From assembly GCA_964106645.2 (NCBI GenBank), contig OZ067038.1: a DNA stretch of 64,000 bases; one strand, written 5' to 3'. Shown here piece after piece: positions 12,889-25,794 of the stretch. The position numbers and the translations under genes were made by a program. The first letter of the stretch is position 1. Every line of letters begins with the position of its first letter. The DNA is from Podarcis pityusensis. Its lineage: Eukaryota. The notes under the pieces are model-generated. The model had not been told where the DNA came from, ran no database searches, and saw only the letters and a list, made by a program, of their open reading frames with translations.

Positions 12889-13956
12889 TATGTTGTTGCT
12901 GCCTGGTAAGCAAACTAGTGTCAGAGGTAGCCCGTCAGAGGTAGCCCATCAGAGGGCACAGTGTCAAAGCCTGCCTGGACTCTGCTTCTGTCAGCAGGCT
13001 AAGTAGAAAATATCCAGATGCAAACAGCACAATAATAAGGATAGAATCTACTGTTAAAGTGCTTCAAAAAGAAATATCTTGATAGTTTTGCTTTTAACAT
13101 GGACGTTCAGAAAAACTGCCTGGATGGGGAATTCACATGTTAAAATATTCATTACTGTGGTTTAGTACATGTTAAATATTTGCAAAATTAAATATTCATA
13201 CCTTGGCTTCCCTGGTTGTGATTCTATCCTGGGTATAGTTGTGGGCGACCTTGCTCATTAAGGGTTCCCCAAAGTTTCAGAGGGGGAGCTGCTTACAACA
13301 TACCTATTGCTGCTTCCTTCCTTTACTTGCAGGTGCTTGGTTTATTTTCAGCGGCAGTCCCATTAATTGGAAGAAATGTTAATGGTGTCATGTTGCTTGG
13401 CTGGGAAGAATATGAGAACAAATCCCACTCATGCGCCCATAACAGAATGGATCAAAGACTCTGAAATATTTCATTTGGGGGAGCAAAAGTTAATGGGATG
13501 CAATGTAGTATACAACCAGCACAGCAGGCTCTCCCATTCTCTGACCCAGAAGGAATCTTCTTTCAGGAAATGTAAACAAAGAAGAGCAAGAGATCTTGGA
13601 ACACTTTGTGATAGTGCAAACGTTTCTGAGCAGTAAGTGACATCAAAAGAGAGTCTGTGTTCTTCAAGGAGACACACAGAGCTGGAGATTGAATTTAGCA
13701 GCATTATTAATTGGGCTGAGTATCCTGAGAAATGAACTGCAAGTGCACCTCAGTTCCTGCAGTCCTAGGTTTCATTTACGGTGCAGATCACAGTACTCTT
13801 GTGGCACTGCTGTGCACATGAGGTACACATGAGATTGTCTGAGGAGCAGCTGCATAGCTTCCTCCACTCTCACACAAAAAGAGGGAGGGGAAATGGGGCC
13901 ATACAGGCAAGCTCAGAGCAAAGCAGCTGCACAGAATTGCTGTAATGTAGGAACTA

Positions 13957-14363
13957 CCGTATTTTTCGCTCCACAAGACACACTTTTTTCCTCTTAAAAA
14001 CTAAGGGGAAATGTCTGTGCATCTTATGGAGTGAATGTGTGGTCCCTGGAGCTAAATTGCCGGAGTGCAGCACGCTCCTGAGCTGCTCTTTGGGGCTGGC
14101 GGGGGAAACCCGGGTGTCAGCAGAACAGCCAGGGATTCCCCCTCCAGCCCTGACAAGCTCTTGCTTAGCTGCGCGCAGCTTCCCCAGCTGGGAGAGGCTG
14201 CGCGCGGCTATCCCATAAGCCAGGACAGCAAGCGGGATTGCTGTGCAGCGATCCTGCTTGCTGTCCTGGCTTCTGGGATTCAGAACATTTTTTTCTTGTT
14301 TTCCTCTTCCAAAAACTAGGTACGTCTTATGGTCTGGTGCGTCTTATAGAGCGAAAAATACAG
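13957..14363. mobile_element. pogo/Tc2-like MITE
   Basis: TIR CCGTATTTTTCGCTCCACAAGAC / GTCTTATAGAGCGAAAAATACAG, TA on both sides. Confidence 0.85.
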
Positions 14364-15230
14364 TAGCTTAGATTCGGCAGGAGCTTCTGCAATATGGTAC
14401 ACATGAGAGGGCAGAGGCACTCTGTGAAGTGTTGTGGAGATGACTAGTCATGGCTGGCAGTCTGCCACTTTTGGTTTCACTCATTTTCCCATGTCTAAAT
14501 AAGTTCAGCCCTCCTCATTTCCACATCAGCTTGCTTTAAAAATAAAAAAAGTCCTTGTGAAAATTGACCAGCATTTTAGCATGACTTTCTCCTAAACATG
14601 CTAGTTTCTAGCAATTTTGTCTTATACATTTCTGAAAAGCATTTTCAACACATTTCTGTATGCCATTTTCACTAGCATTTGCTGAGATAATGTGCAGTTC
14701 TCCCAGAATGGCTGCAAACAGCTGTAGAACCAGTGAGAGATTTTAGAATTTTGACTTAGAAGGAAATGGAAGGAGAAAAAAAAGGTATGTTAAGGCACCA
14801 CAAAGCTCAGATGTGTTGTTAGCATCCATCTGTCTCAGAAGACAATGGAGTTGTGCACCTTTGGGGGTGGTCAAACTGTTGGGATGTTGCAGTGTCTGCT
14901 GTGGCTGTAGAGATTGATAAGGGAGAGACATGCTATGTTGCAGCTGGGGCAGATGAAGGTGTCCGGTTGTGCTGATGCAGATACACCATGTCATTTCTTC
15001 TCTCTGTGCTCCTCCCAGCAGTCATTCATCCTCTGCTCACAGCTATGAATGCATGACCTGTCTGTCTCCAGGCACTGCAGTCGTTTGCAAGGGATTTCCA
15101 CATAGCGGTATTGATGTTGCCAGCCTTCATGTCATGTTATCAGACATCTTTGTAACACAAAGTTTGTTGCTGAGACAGGTGTGCAAACATGCTGGAAATG
15201 TGGACTTGAGAGAGCACATATTTGTTTGAA

Positions 15231-15978
15231 TCATAGAATCATAGAGTTGGAAGAGACCACAAGGGCCATCGAGTCCAACCCCCTGCCAAGCAGGAAACAT
15301 CATCAGAGCACTCCTGACATATGGTTGTCAAGCCTCTGCTTAAAGACCTCCAAAGAAGGAGACTCCACCACACTCCTTGGCAGCAAATTCCACTGTCGAA
15401 CAGCTCTTACTGTCAGGAAGTTCTTCCTAATGTTTAGGTGGAATCTTCTTTCTTGTAGTTTGGATCCATTGCTCCATGTCCGCTTCTCTGGAGCAGCAGA
15501 AAACAACCTTTCTCCCTCCTCTATGTGACATCCTTTTATATATTTGAACATGGCTATCATATCACCCCTTAACCTCCTCTTCTCCAGGCTAAACATGCCC
15601 AGCTCCCTTAGCTGTTCCTCATAAGGCATTGTTTCCAGGCCTTTGACCATTTTGGTTGCCCTCCTCTGGACACGTTCCAGTTTGTCAGTGTCCTTCTTGA
15701 ACTGTGGTGCCCAGAACTGGACACAGTACTCCAGGTGAGGTCTGACCAGAGCAGAATACAGTGGCACTATTACTTCCCTTGATCTAGATGCTATACTCCT
15801 ATTGATGCAGCCCAGAATTGCATTGGCTTTTTTAGCTGCCGCGTCACGCTGTTGGCTCATGTCAAGTTTGTGGTCAACCAAGACTCCTAGATCCTTTTCA
15901 CATGTACTGCTCTCAAGCCAGGTGTCACCCTTCTTGTATTTGTGCCTCTCATTTTTTTTGCCCAAGTACAATACTTGA
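15231..15978 (-). mobile_element. CR1 LINE 3' fragment (ORF2 C-terminus, frame intact)
   Basis: Translation EKDLGVLVD..KKANAILGCINRSI..LYSALVRPHLEYCVQFWAP..LERVQRRATKM..FSLEKRRLRGD; (ATTCTATG)n tail; flanked by GTTTGAA at 15224-15230 and 15979-15985. Confidence 0.95.
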
Positions 15979-16197
15979 GTTTGAAACTCTGGTGTGCCAT
16001 GTGATGCCCAAAATCTTCCTGACACAGCGCACGTGGAGGGCTCTTGGTGGTTGTAAGTTGCCCATGACTCACTTCCATACAGCAGCGTGATCAACACACA
16101 AGCCTGGTAGACCTTCATCTTGTTATTGGATGCTAGCATCATGTTCTCTCATACGCTTTTGGAGAGGTGAGCCATTGCCATTGCTGCCTTGCCAATA

Positions 16198-16428
16198 CAG
16201 TGTTACCTTGTGTTGTGTAACCTCCAGGTTACAGAATCTTTGGGTTACGGCCATGGCAAACCCACAAGTGTATACTTCTGGGTTTCGCGTGTGCGCAGAA
16301 GCACTCTGTGCGTGTGTGCAGAAGTGCTCTATAGTACCATGTGCAGAAGCGGCGCCTCTAGTTATGGATTTTTCAGGGTGTGCACGGCACCCCGAAATAA
16401 ATTAAATCCGTAACCAGAGGTACCACTG
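16198..16428. mobile_element. Tc1/mariner-pogo (Tigger-like) MITE inside the RTE
   Basis: TIR CAGTGTTACCT / AGGTACCACTG, TA TSD at 16196-16197 and 16429-16430. Confidence 0.9.
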
Positions 16429-17134
16429 TACACTTGTCCAGCTCAGCATCAATGTAGAGGTTGCTGGTTATGCTGGGACCCAGGCAGACAAAATTGTCTA
16501 CCACCTGAAGCATGTGGTCACCAATGCTGATGTGTGGAGTGCTAGCAGTGTCCTGACCCAGAATGTTGGCCGTCGTCAAGCTTATGGTAAGGCCAAACTT
16601 CCTGCAGGCCTGGGCAAAACAGTTGATGTGTCCCTGTGGAGCTTCCTTGGAGTGCCAATACTGCATCATCTGCAAACAACATCTCTCAGATGAGGACCTA
16701 CCACACTTTTGTCTTGATGTGGAGATGTGCCAGGTTAAGCAGATACCCAGCACTCTTCAAATAAAAATACACACTGTCTTCCAATGAGCTGCAGGCCTAT
16801 GAGAGCAACAGGGAGAAAAATATGCCAAAGGGAGTTGGGGCAAGAACACAGCCCTATTACACATCACTCTTTATAGAGAAGGTGTCTGAGGATGAGCCAT
16901 CATACTGGACAGTGCCGCACATATTCTCACGGAAGCACACAACCATCTTTTGAAGCTTAGGTGGGCATCCTATCTTGTTTTGCAGCATGAAGAGTACTTT
17001 TCAGCTGATGAGGTCAAAGGCCTTTGTCAGGTCTATGAAGGGGATATTTAAGGGGCATCTCTGCTCTCAGCATTTCTCCTGTAGCTGGCACAGTGAGAAA
17101 ATCATGTCAACTGTTGACCCCCTGAGCTCTAAAA

Positions 17135-17570
17135 CCATATTATTGTTCAGTTTCTGTTAATTGATTCTCATGGGAAACTTGCAGATTCTGGCTTCACACA
17201 ATTAACTCAAGGCAGTGTCAATTTACTCTTGGCAGAAAGCCCAGGTCTGCTTGACCTAGAAACTACTTACTCTGATTGGTTAACGACCAGCACTCAACTC
17301 TGTTATCTAGGATTGCTAGCACAGTGTGATGTTGGGTGTGTTAGGAGTAGAAGTGCTGTGTATGGTTATGAGAGAGAGAGAGAAAGAAAGGATTTATTTT
17401 GCTTTCATTTGTATGCAGAAACTCTGCTGGTTTTATTTTCCCTTTTAATAAATCCTGTAAATAGTTATTCTGAGTCTAGCTGACTAGTCATTACCGCCGC
17501 AACTAGCTTCCTCGCTGTGCAGGAAAACTCTGCTACGTTTGGGCTAAAGCCAATAGGGCTATGCCTGACA
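17135..17570 (+). mobile_element. LTR remnant (probably Gypsy-type)
   Basis: AATAAA at ~17447 followed by a U5-like segment ending ..GCCTGACA; 5' TG terminus not evident; resemblance to lizard LTRs is from memory. Confidence 0.55.
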
Positions 17571-18202
17571 CTTCAAAGTTCCATGAATTATGGCTCAGGA
17601 TAGACTCTGTCAGTGAGTGTCTGTCTGTAATATCTTGAGAACTACACAGGGGAAGGCTTTCCCCACAGCACTCAGCAGGGAGATTCTACAGTTGTTGTTA
17701 CAGTTGTGGTGGCCACCTTTGTTCCTGTACAAATATATTGATGATATTCAGTGGAATTGTGTCTGGCTATGGAATATTGCCTGTAGAAGATATCTGCCTA
17801 GGGCACACTGTATATGTTGTTCCATACTCAGGAAATATGGATAATTGGTCTAAAAAGTATCTAGAATGTTTTATATACACTCCAAATAATATATTTAGAT
17901 GAATTATTTGGTCAATGTACATTGTGAATGGAGATGAAACCCTGGGCCATTGTTACCTATGATATTTATTTTATGAAGCAACTGATTGAAAGTTATATGT
18001 TGTGTTGAAATTTAGAGACTACCTTGACATTTTGCATTCACAGGTTATTGGTCTGGGAATATATGCTCTTATTTGTTTGTGTGTTTGACTGGTTTGGGTG
18101 TTAAAAGTAAAAAACCGATCTAGGCATTCTCTCAGTCAATGGGTACAGTAGTAAAAGTCACAGCTTAATAAAATACCTGTCTTTCTTCAAGGCTTTGGTG
18201 CT

Positions 18203-18206
<4 letters not shown>

Positions 18207-18242
<36 letters not shown>

Positions 18243-18345
18243 TTCACCCCAATCTCTGAGCAGTGTGAGATTCCAGGAGTTTCAAGCGCTTAAGCCAGGG
18301 TTCACATTTTCTTTTGGAATGAGATTCCAGCAGAAATCAGGCATG

Positions 18346-18400
<55 letters not shown>

Positions 18401-18460
18401 CCAGTCTGCCGCTTTGCCTCCAGTTTCGTGTGCGTGTGTGTGCGTGTGCGTGTGTGTGTG
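18207..18460. repeat. Microsatellite cluster (AC)n 18207-18241, (CT)n 18349-18394, (GT/GC)n 18427-18460
   Basis: Directly visible. Confidence 0.95.
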
Positions 18461-20546
18461 CATTAGTCTGGGAAGTGCAGATCAGATCAGCTTGCATCAG
18501 AATCTGCAAAACCAACATTTCTCAGGTATCTGTAAGAGGGAACAACTTTGTCCCCAAATCTGTCATTGACATACAAAGTCAGTGTTCTCATGCATGAGTT
18601 AAAAACCTTTCACAATCGGAAAGATTACTTAAATCCTGGCTGCTGGTTAAATTTTCTCTCCCCTCCCTCCCCTCCAGCTCTGCTTGTTCTTTCTATTTGT
18701 GCAAGAAGCATCTGAGCTCACAAACCTAATGAAGACCAAGTCTAAGGCCAGGCTCCACTCGCTTGCTCTTTTGGTCCTTTCCCCTCTATGGGGTAATGTT
18801 CTGGCTGTGTTCTTCACCACTTTTCTCCTGACCTTGCTAAGCTGCTGCTTGCCCAAGGCCCAGTGTGGATGATGAACCTCAAAGGAGAGCCATGTGATGA
18901 AAGAGACAGAAGGGGAAAAAAAATTCTGAATCTCAGCAGAAGCATATTTCAATCATCCTGGAAGGTCATTGGCTGCATCTCCAACCTTCTCTTTCAAAAG
19001 GTTCATGTTAAATGCACCGTGTAATGTGGTAAGGAAGTTAGAGGTATGCTGGGGAAGCAAAGAAACCTTATTCCAATAGCCTGAACAGCAGATTGCAAAG
19101 CTGAAAAAGCAAAAAAGATTAAAAATAATAATCAAGGTGTAAAATCACATCTCCCGGATAAGGCCACAAGAAATGTTTGATGGGGATGGATCTACAATGA
19201 GGAAAGCTTTGATGTTGTCGATGCTTAGTGATGATATGTGTGTGTGCACACCCAGGGACAAAATTACCTTCAGCTGTAGCCATCATGTAGGCTTTGTGTT
19301 CATGTGAAAGCCTGGTTTGGGAACCACTGTGCTTTGAATTAATATATCATGTATCTTATTCATTAGACTTCATGAACATGCTGAAACCTTCACATCAAAG
19401 CCCTTTCAAAGTCAAATCTGACTTATAAAATAACAAACTTAGTTCACTCTATAATAATCATAACATTGTATTGTGCTTAAATACTATTCTATTATTCTAT
19501 TCATATGTGCGCCCACCTTTTGTGCACAGTTGTTTCTGCTAAGATTTCCATTGGATTTAATGCCATTTTTCTTATTCCCCAGCCATTCTTATCACAGATT
19601 GTCAGAGAGTGTTGATAATACTACTCCTTCAGCTTTGGTGGCAGCCATTAGCCCCTTTTCATTTTTTAAAAAAATCTTAATTTATCTTTGTCATATTTTG
19701 ACTTTAGAAGGCTTGTAAGAAGTTTGGTTGAAGCAGGCCTCCTTTCACAATCTCTTTTGCTCTGCGAGTATAAATTTTGCAAAAGGTTAGCTGCCCCTCA
19801 GTAATGCCTTGCACTTAGACACGGACCAAAACAAAGACTATAATTGCTAAAGTTTGCAAAGAAGTGCAGAGCACTGCCTGTTTTTGCAGCTTGTTCCAAA
19901 ATCAAACAATGATTGATGAGACGCAACACGATGGCTTCATATGCGAAAAGGGCATGTTAAATGCCATCATAAAGCTGAACTTTGGTATTAGAAAGGACTC
20001 ACTGAAATGAGAAAACTGTATATTTATGTTCTGTCAGCTGAAAAGCATTAGATGGCACCTAACGCCACGAACTGTTTTGACACATTCTGATCTGCCGGAA
20101 TTCATGATGGGCACAAATTCTGGGTAATAACCCAACCTTATTGGAATACAAAAGCAGCGAAACAGAGATTAAAGGAGGGCAGGAAAAAGGCTATATAATG
20201 TCAACAACTTGATTCAGCGTGTGGAGTAAGTGTCTAATGATGGCAATTTGAGAAACAAATTAAGAAGATATGAATCTAAACTGTCAATGAATAACAAAAG
20301 CCAGTGTGAAAAGGGATGTCTGGTAGTACTGGGGTAGATTTCCAGAAGGATGAGGTTGTACAAACGCAGAGAGTTTTCTTCAGCTGGTTGCCAAACTCCA
20401 CAGGAACACATGAGTTAAAGAGCAGAAGGGGGCATTCCCTATCACTTGCACTGGGCCTCAAAGAACTTTACAAACCAGTGAGATATTTTTACTGTTTTGT
20501 CATGTCTCTATAGCTCAGTGCAACCCTAAAACCATTCCACTTAGAG

Positions 20547-21046
20547 CAGGGGTCAGCCACTGGCGGAGGAAGAGGAGTGCGGGGGGAGCACACTGCCCCC
20601 GGCAGCGCGATCCCAGCAGGGTGAAATCGCAGCTGCCCCCCGCCTGCACTGGGTGCCCCGCCCCCGCAAGCGGCGCATCCTGCCCCCGGGATGAGTGCCA
20701 CGTCCTGCGGACGGTGCGCCACACCTCCAGGACGTGCGCCATGCCCCTGAGGGCAGCGTGCCCCCCTGCTCTCCGCCCCCCCAGTGCATGACACTCTGCC
20801 ACTGGGGTCAGCAACCTTTTTCAGCCGTGAACCGGTCCACCGTCCCTCAGACCATGTGGTGGGCCAGACTATATTTTGAAAAATATATATGAACGAATTC
20901 CTATGCCCCACAAATAACCCAGAGATGCATTTTAAATAAAAGGACACATTCTACTCATGTAAAAACACGCTGATTCCTGGACCATCCGCGGGTCGGATTT
21001 AGAAGGTGATTGGGCCTTAGGTTGGGCCTTAGGTTACCTACCCATC
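20547..21046. mobile_element. hAT (Charlie/Buster-type) non-autonomous element, host of a nested insertion
   Basis: CAGGGGTCAGC|AACCTTTT left end split by an insertion; right end TTACCTACCCAT; CTTAGA shared by both flanks. Confidence 0.75.
20558..20804. mobile_element. GC/CpG-rich hAT MITE nested in the TIR of another hAT
   Basis: TIR CACTGGCGGAG / CTCTGCCACTG; perfect 8-bp TSD GGGTCAGC (20550-20557, 20805-20812). Confidence 0.9.
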
Positions 21047-21087
21047 TTAGAATCTAATAAAAAGCCAGGTAGGTGTAGTGGTTAGAG

Positions 21088-21306
21088 TCCTGGTTCCCAA
21101 TGTGGGGCACATGCCCCACAGGGGGCAATTTGATTTTTAAGGGGAGCAATTTGAGAATGAGTTATTAACAGTGAATGGCCTTTTAGGCTTCCTCCACGTG
21201 AATAGGAGTTCACCTTTTGAATAATAAAAATTATATGTCACGGGGGGGATCAGGATTTTAGAGATGCTTAGGTGGGGCATGGTCAAAAAAAGATTGGGAA
21301 CCACTG
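21088..21306. mobile_element. hAT MITE inserted in a tRNA-derived SINE head
   Basis: TGGTTCCCAA / TTGGGAACCACTG termini; perfect TSD GGTTAGAG (21080-21087, 21307-21314). Confidence 0.85.
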
Positions 21307-23268
21307 GGTTAGAGTGCTGGACTAGGGCTTTGGAGGCCCTATTTGGACATTACTCCAGTTTGGCTATTATGCCAATTATTAAAAACAACAGTATAAAAAG
21401 GCACTAAAATGGCTAAACAGAGGAGAAGGTTAAAATACTGGTTTCACACTACCCCTCCCCTTAAAACGCCTGTGGGCACTTAAGGGCAACTCTTTTCCTT
21501 TCATGTTCATAGCTGTGAGATCATAACAACCTACCTTGTTCTTAGATTTTATTTTATTATATTTGACAATTTTGTAAAGGATATAAGGCTATTATTGGCT
21601 ACTAGCCATGCTGGTTATGTTCCCCCTCGCCTGTCAGAGGCAGTGTGCCTCTGAATGCCACTTTCGGGGAATCCCAAGTGGGGTGAGGGATGCTGGTTTT
21701 AAGTCATGCTCAATGGCTTAATCCAAGAGGGCTGTTCTTACATTCTTACCTCCCTAGGCAGCTACGAAGGAAAAGGTAATAAAGACTTACAAAGCATTTT
21801 GCTAAATTTTTAAAGTGCAAAATAAATTATTGCTAGTAGTAACCACTTTACTTGTATATGAGAGCACTCTGTCTCAACCAGTATTAGAGACCCTGACAGG
21901 AACCAATGTGATCATAATTATTTGAAATGGACTTCTATTGTCTTCCTTCGCAGTGACACAGTTCAGAATTCGGTTGTATTACTTTCATCTTCTCTGTTAT
22001 TTATTCGAATTAGAATGCAGCTTGCTCAACATTTTTTGGAGTTTAATACCACCGATTTCAGGGGGTTATTACAATTTATATGGCAGCACATAGAAATGCA
22101 AATCGGGGGTGTCTGACAACCTCACAATTTTCTCTCACAGCGTGGCACAAATGTGACACTTTCCAATAACATTCTTTATTTGTACATCGATAATGATACT
22201 GCCTTAAATTTATCTTTACAATCTGTATCAACAGCTCAACACATTAAAAGAAGAAGAAAGAATACATTTTATTTATGCTTTCATAATGCTTTCATGTTCT
22301 CTGTGGGCTGGTTTGGATGTAGCCATAGTTTAGTGTTATGAGAATAAGCCTAGTCCTCTGTACTCACTGTCCTCTACTGGTATAGCCACAAAGAAGATGT
22401 TGGAAGCTTTTGCTTTTTTAAACTGCACTTGCCATATCATCTGAATTCATAAAAGCTCTGGCTAATTAATTATGGTTTGTTGAAATAGGTCAACTTTAAA
22501 ACATAGCTGATGAAGCAGACTTGTTTTTATCAAGGAAAATGAGCCTCATTTTAGGGTTTGGGTGATATACTAAACTGTGGTTAATCCAAAACTCAAGCAG
22601 ATGCTTCCAGTGTCTTTGTGTCAGCCACACTGGGGAAGGAGAGGAGGACTGTGTGAGCCTGGGGGGAGTCTTGGCTCATTTTCATATTGATAAACATGGT
22701 ATAGCAAACACAGCCATTGCCTTGAATCCATAGTTAACAAATCATTTAAAACATTTATACTAAAGCAGGGGTGGGAAGCAGTATCCGTCCCATCCCAGCA
22801 GGCCACTTTGACAGCTCATGTGACAATCACCTGACAGCATGACATCAGGTGACTCCTTTTCCTTTGCAGCACAGCTAATTTCAGCATGGCTTGAGGTCAG
22901 CTGATTGGCGCTGTCTTCAGGCTACATTTTGGGCAGAGATATGCTTACAATCTGAAGTTTCTGATCAGAAACTATGGAACTGATGAAGGAAATCCCTCTT
23001 TCAACAGGGATTAGCTCCTGCCACCAATTCCAGCACTGCTTGTTTTTGGCACCCAATGCCAATGATGCAAAATGCAAGCCAGACTTGCTAAGGAACAATC
23101 AGGAGTGCATTTCAAGGCTCCCAATAATTTTTTTGCAAGTGTGTTTTTACTTGCCCTACAAGTATATGATGTTAGGCTTGGTGAAAATGGATTTCTGCAG
23201 GGCTGAATTAGGCCTTTGGGCTGGGGGTTCCCACTGCCAATGCTAGAATGTCCTACTATTCCTCTACA

Positions 23269-23918
23269 CAGGGCCGTCTTTACCCGGGGGTGCAAGGGAT
23301 ATGGGGCACCCAGGCGCTGAATTCTGGGGGGCTCCAGGTGCCCACCACTGAAGCCACTACCTAAGCTAAGGCTGCTGCAGGGACTCCAGGTGCCCACCAC
23401 TGAAGCCACTACCTAAGCTAAGGCTGCTGCAGGGAGAGCTCTCTGGAAAGTCTCGCTCACCAAAGCCAGGAGGAGGGAAATTGACAGGAAAGAGGGAGAG
23501 ACAGACAGAAAGAAAATGCACCTATCTAGCAATGGGAGCGCGTACAGGCTCCAGAACCTTCCCAAGAAGAACTCGTATATGCATGCTCGCAAGGGCCCTC
23601 CCAGCTCCTCTAGAAATAAGGTTGCTTCCACGCATGTGCACAATGCCCGCCCGTTTCATCTTTCAGACACCTTCCTATGACCGTTAGCACATGCATGGAG
23701 TCTTTACACTGATTCCCAATGACTTCTTTAGAAAAGCTGGTTTTAAACAAAACACACACACAAAAAACTCCTTTTGGAGCTGCGCAGGCGTGAGCGCTAT
23801 TTATCAAATGATAATAGTGACATAAGCATAATAAAAGTTAATTTGGGGGCTAAACTAAATTTGGGGGCGCTGGGTGGATCTTTGCATCCCAGCGGCGCGT
23901 ATGCTAAAGACGGCCCTG
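23269..23918. mobile_element. hAT non-autonomous element with an internal 52-bp tandem duplication
   Basis: TIR CAGGGCCGTCTTTA / TAAAGACGGCCCTG; perfect TSD CCTCTACA (23261-23268, 23919-23926); duplication 23332-23383 / 23384-23435. Confidence 0.92.
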
Positions 23919-25339
23919 CCTCTACATGTCTGTGGGAGGGTTCATGTATGAATGTTTGACTGCATGTATGTGAGATTGCATGTCTGGTGAGTGTGCTGTG
24001 TTGTGAGTTTATGTGTGTGTGTGTGTGTGTGTCCTGTATGTGCAGCATGCACAAGTGAATAAATACATTTGCCAAAAACACCACTATTGTATGACCCTTG
24101 CAAGCTGCCTGCCAATGTGGCCCTCTGGCCAAAAAAAGCTGGCAATTATTGCATTTGATCCAAGCGCAAAAACAAACCTGTTTCACACATGGGCATTTTG
24201 CCCTGTGGCACTGGTGCAAGGCAGTACATTTTCCAGACTAGGAATCAAGGTGTTGCTCACTCTTTTTGAAAGAGTCCTATTTGTTTCCTACTGGGTGACA
24301 GATGTAATAACTTCTATCAGAAAGAGCACATTGCAGGAAATAAGGATTTAAAGGTCACCCCATGCTTGATTTTTAAAAGCAAAAAGAACTCCTTGAGTAT
24401 TGCTTTAACAGCACCTCTTTGATAAGACCCTGTTGTTCTCATAGGCTTTTGTTAGCTCTTTGCTGTGTATGATTTCCATCTTTCCCACCAGTTAGAACAA
24501 CTGTGTTTCTATCATGAACCCAGAAAAATAATTTTAAAAAATGATATATGTATAGCCATAGGAGTTTCCTTGCCCTGACTCTGGATGATCAAAAATAAAT
24601 GGTGATTGGGTTAAATGAAAAGTGAATGGCTTGCTTCTTTAGGCAGAAGACCAAAGATCAGATTCAATATGAAACAGTTGAAGAAGCAAAATGATACAGA
24701 CAGAAGATAAAATATATACTTAAGTAATCATAGCTGAATGTGTTACTGTCAGTATCCTCTCTCCTTAATCAGAAGGAAATGGACCACATAAAGTTTTGTC
24801 GACGGTATAAGAACACTGATCTCCTTCCTTCCTAACTCTCATACTTATATAAAAGACCTCGCAGTAGTGAAGCCATCACAGCTATTTTTGATGTCAAGTT
24901 CACAGCATAATAAAACAGAGGACTAGAGCTCAAACACTTCCGCAACCTATAAAATATTACAGAACACATACATGCCTTTCAGAATTTGTGATGAAACAAT
25001 GAAGGAACCACAAAACCTTGAGTTGAGAATGAGTTCCTGAAATGTTGAAGGAATTCAGTCTCTGATTTATGTGTTCCAGTTCACCAGAGTCTGGAGCATT
25101 TGCATTCCAGGTCTTCCATAGAGCTTGGGAACTCCAGAGACTGGGTGGGGGGGGGGGGTATTTCATAGGGGACATGGGGATGGAGGATTTCTAACAATCT
25201 GTATGGTTAGTTGGTCTACATGCTGGGCTGAATGCATATACTGTACATTTAATAAATAAACAATAATAAATTCAGTAAACAATAATAAATTCCCATTGTT
25301 CTTGGAAGGATCATTTGCATGAAATACGTTGAGAAGTAA

Positions 25340-25762
25340 AAACTAAGTGCAATTTGGTTGGTTTGACTAATCCACAAAACACAAATGAAGCCCGCCACCT
25401 CCCTTTTGGGAACCCTTATGCCAAATTGGGTGACAATAGCTCAACATGCATCTAAATTGGCACAGTTGGAATCCATCACACCAAACTGGGTGATGATATC
25501 TCCACCGCTGTCCAAATTTGCAGAGTTTGGCCACATCATGCCCCAAATTGGGCAGTCACACCAAAGTCACATTTTGGACCACTGTCTTGATTCAAAATGG
25601 CACCCCAAGTCCAAACATTGATGAAGACCACCATCTCACCCTTGGGAACTCTCAGGCTGAGATTGGTGACAATATCTCACTTGACAGCTGAATTTATAGA
25701 GAAAAGAGAGACAGACAAATGGACAAATAGACAAACCAGTTACCAAAATATATAGTAGATTT
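25340..25762 (+). mobile_element. Possible Helitron/Helentron-like non-autonomous element
   Basis: Repeated (CC)AAATTGGGTGACAATA-like units, GACA-rich stretch, and terminus ATATATAGTAGAT followed by T run; no TSD. Confidence 0.4.
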
Positions 25763-25794
25763 TGGCATGTAAGTAGTATATAAATTTAACAACA

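Larger units (their letters stand above)
14815..17137 (-). mobile_element. RTE-clade LINE, 5'-truncated and decayed, interrupted by CR1 and a MITE
   Basis: Minus-strand translation gives RT motifs GFRAQGSTVDMIFSLCQLQEK..FIDLTKAFDLIS, then IDAELDKCIGKAA, LLYGSESW, RCVRKILGITW, and a C-terminal CPSC..HSRHC Zn-finger remnant; (AAC)-type tail at ~14815. Confidence 0.9.

Noticed and set aside
15303-16142. 279-aa ORF as a host gene
   Set aside because: It is an accidental fusion of RTE sequence to the CR1 ORF2 C-terminus across an insertion junction
23332-23435. Direct repeats as a CRISPR-like array
   Set aside because: Simple 52-bp head-to-tail duplication without spacers inside a eukaryotic hAT element
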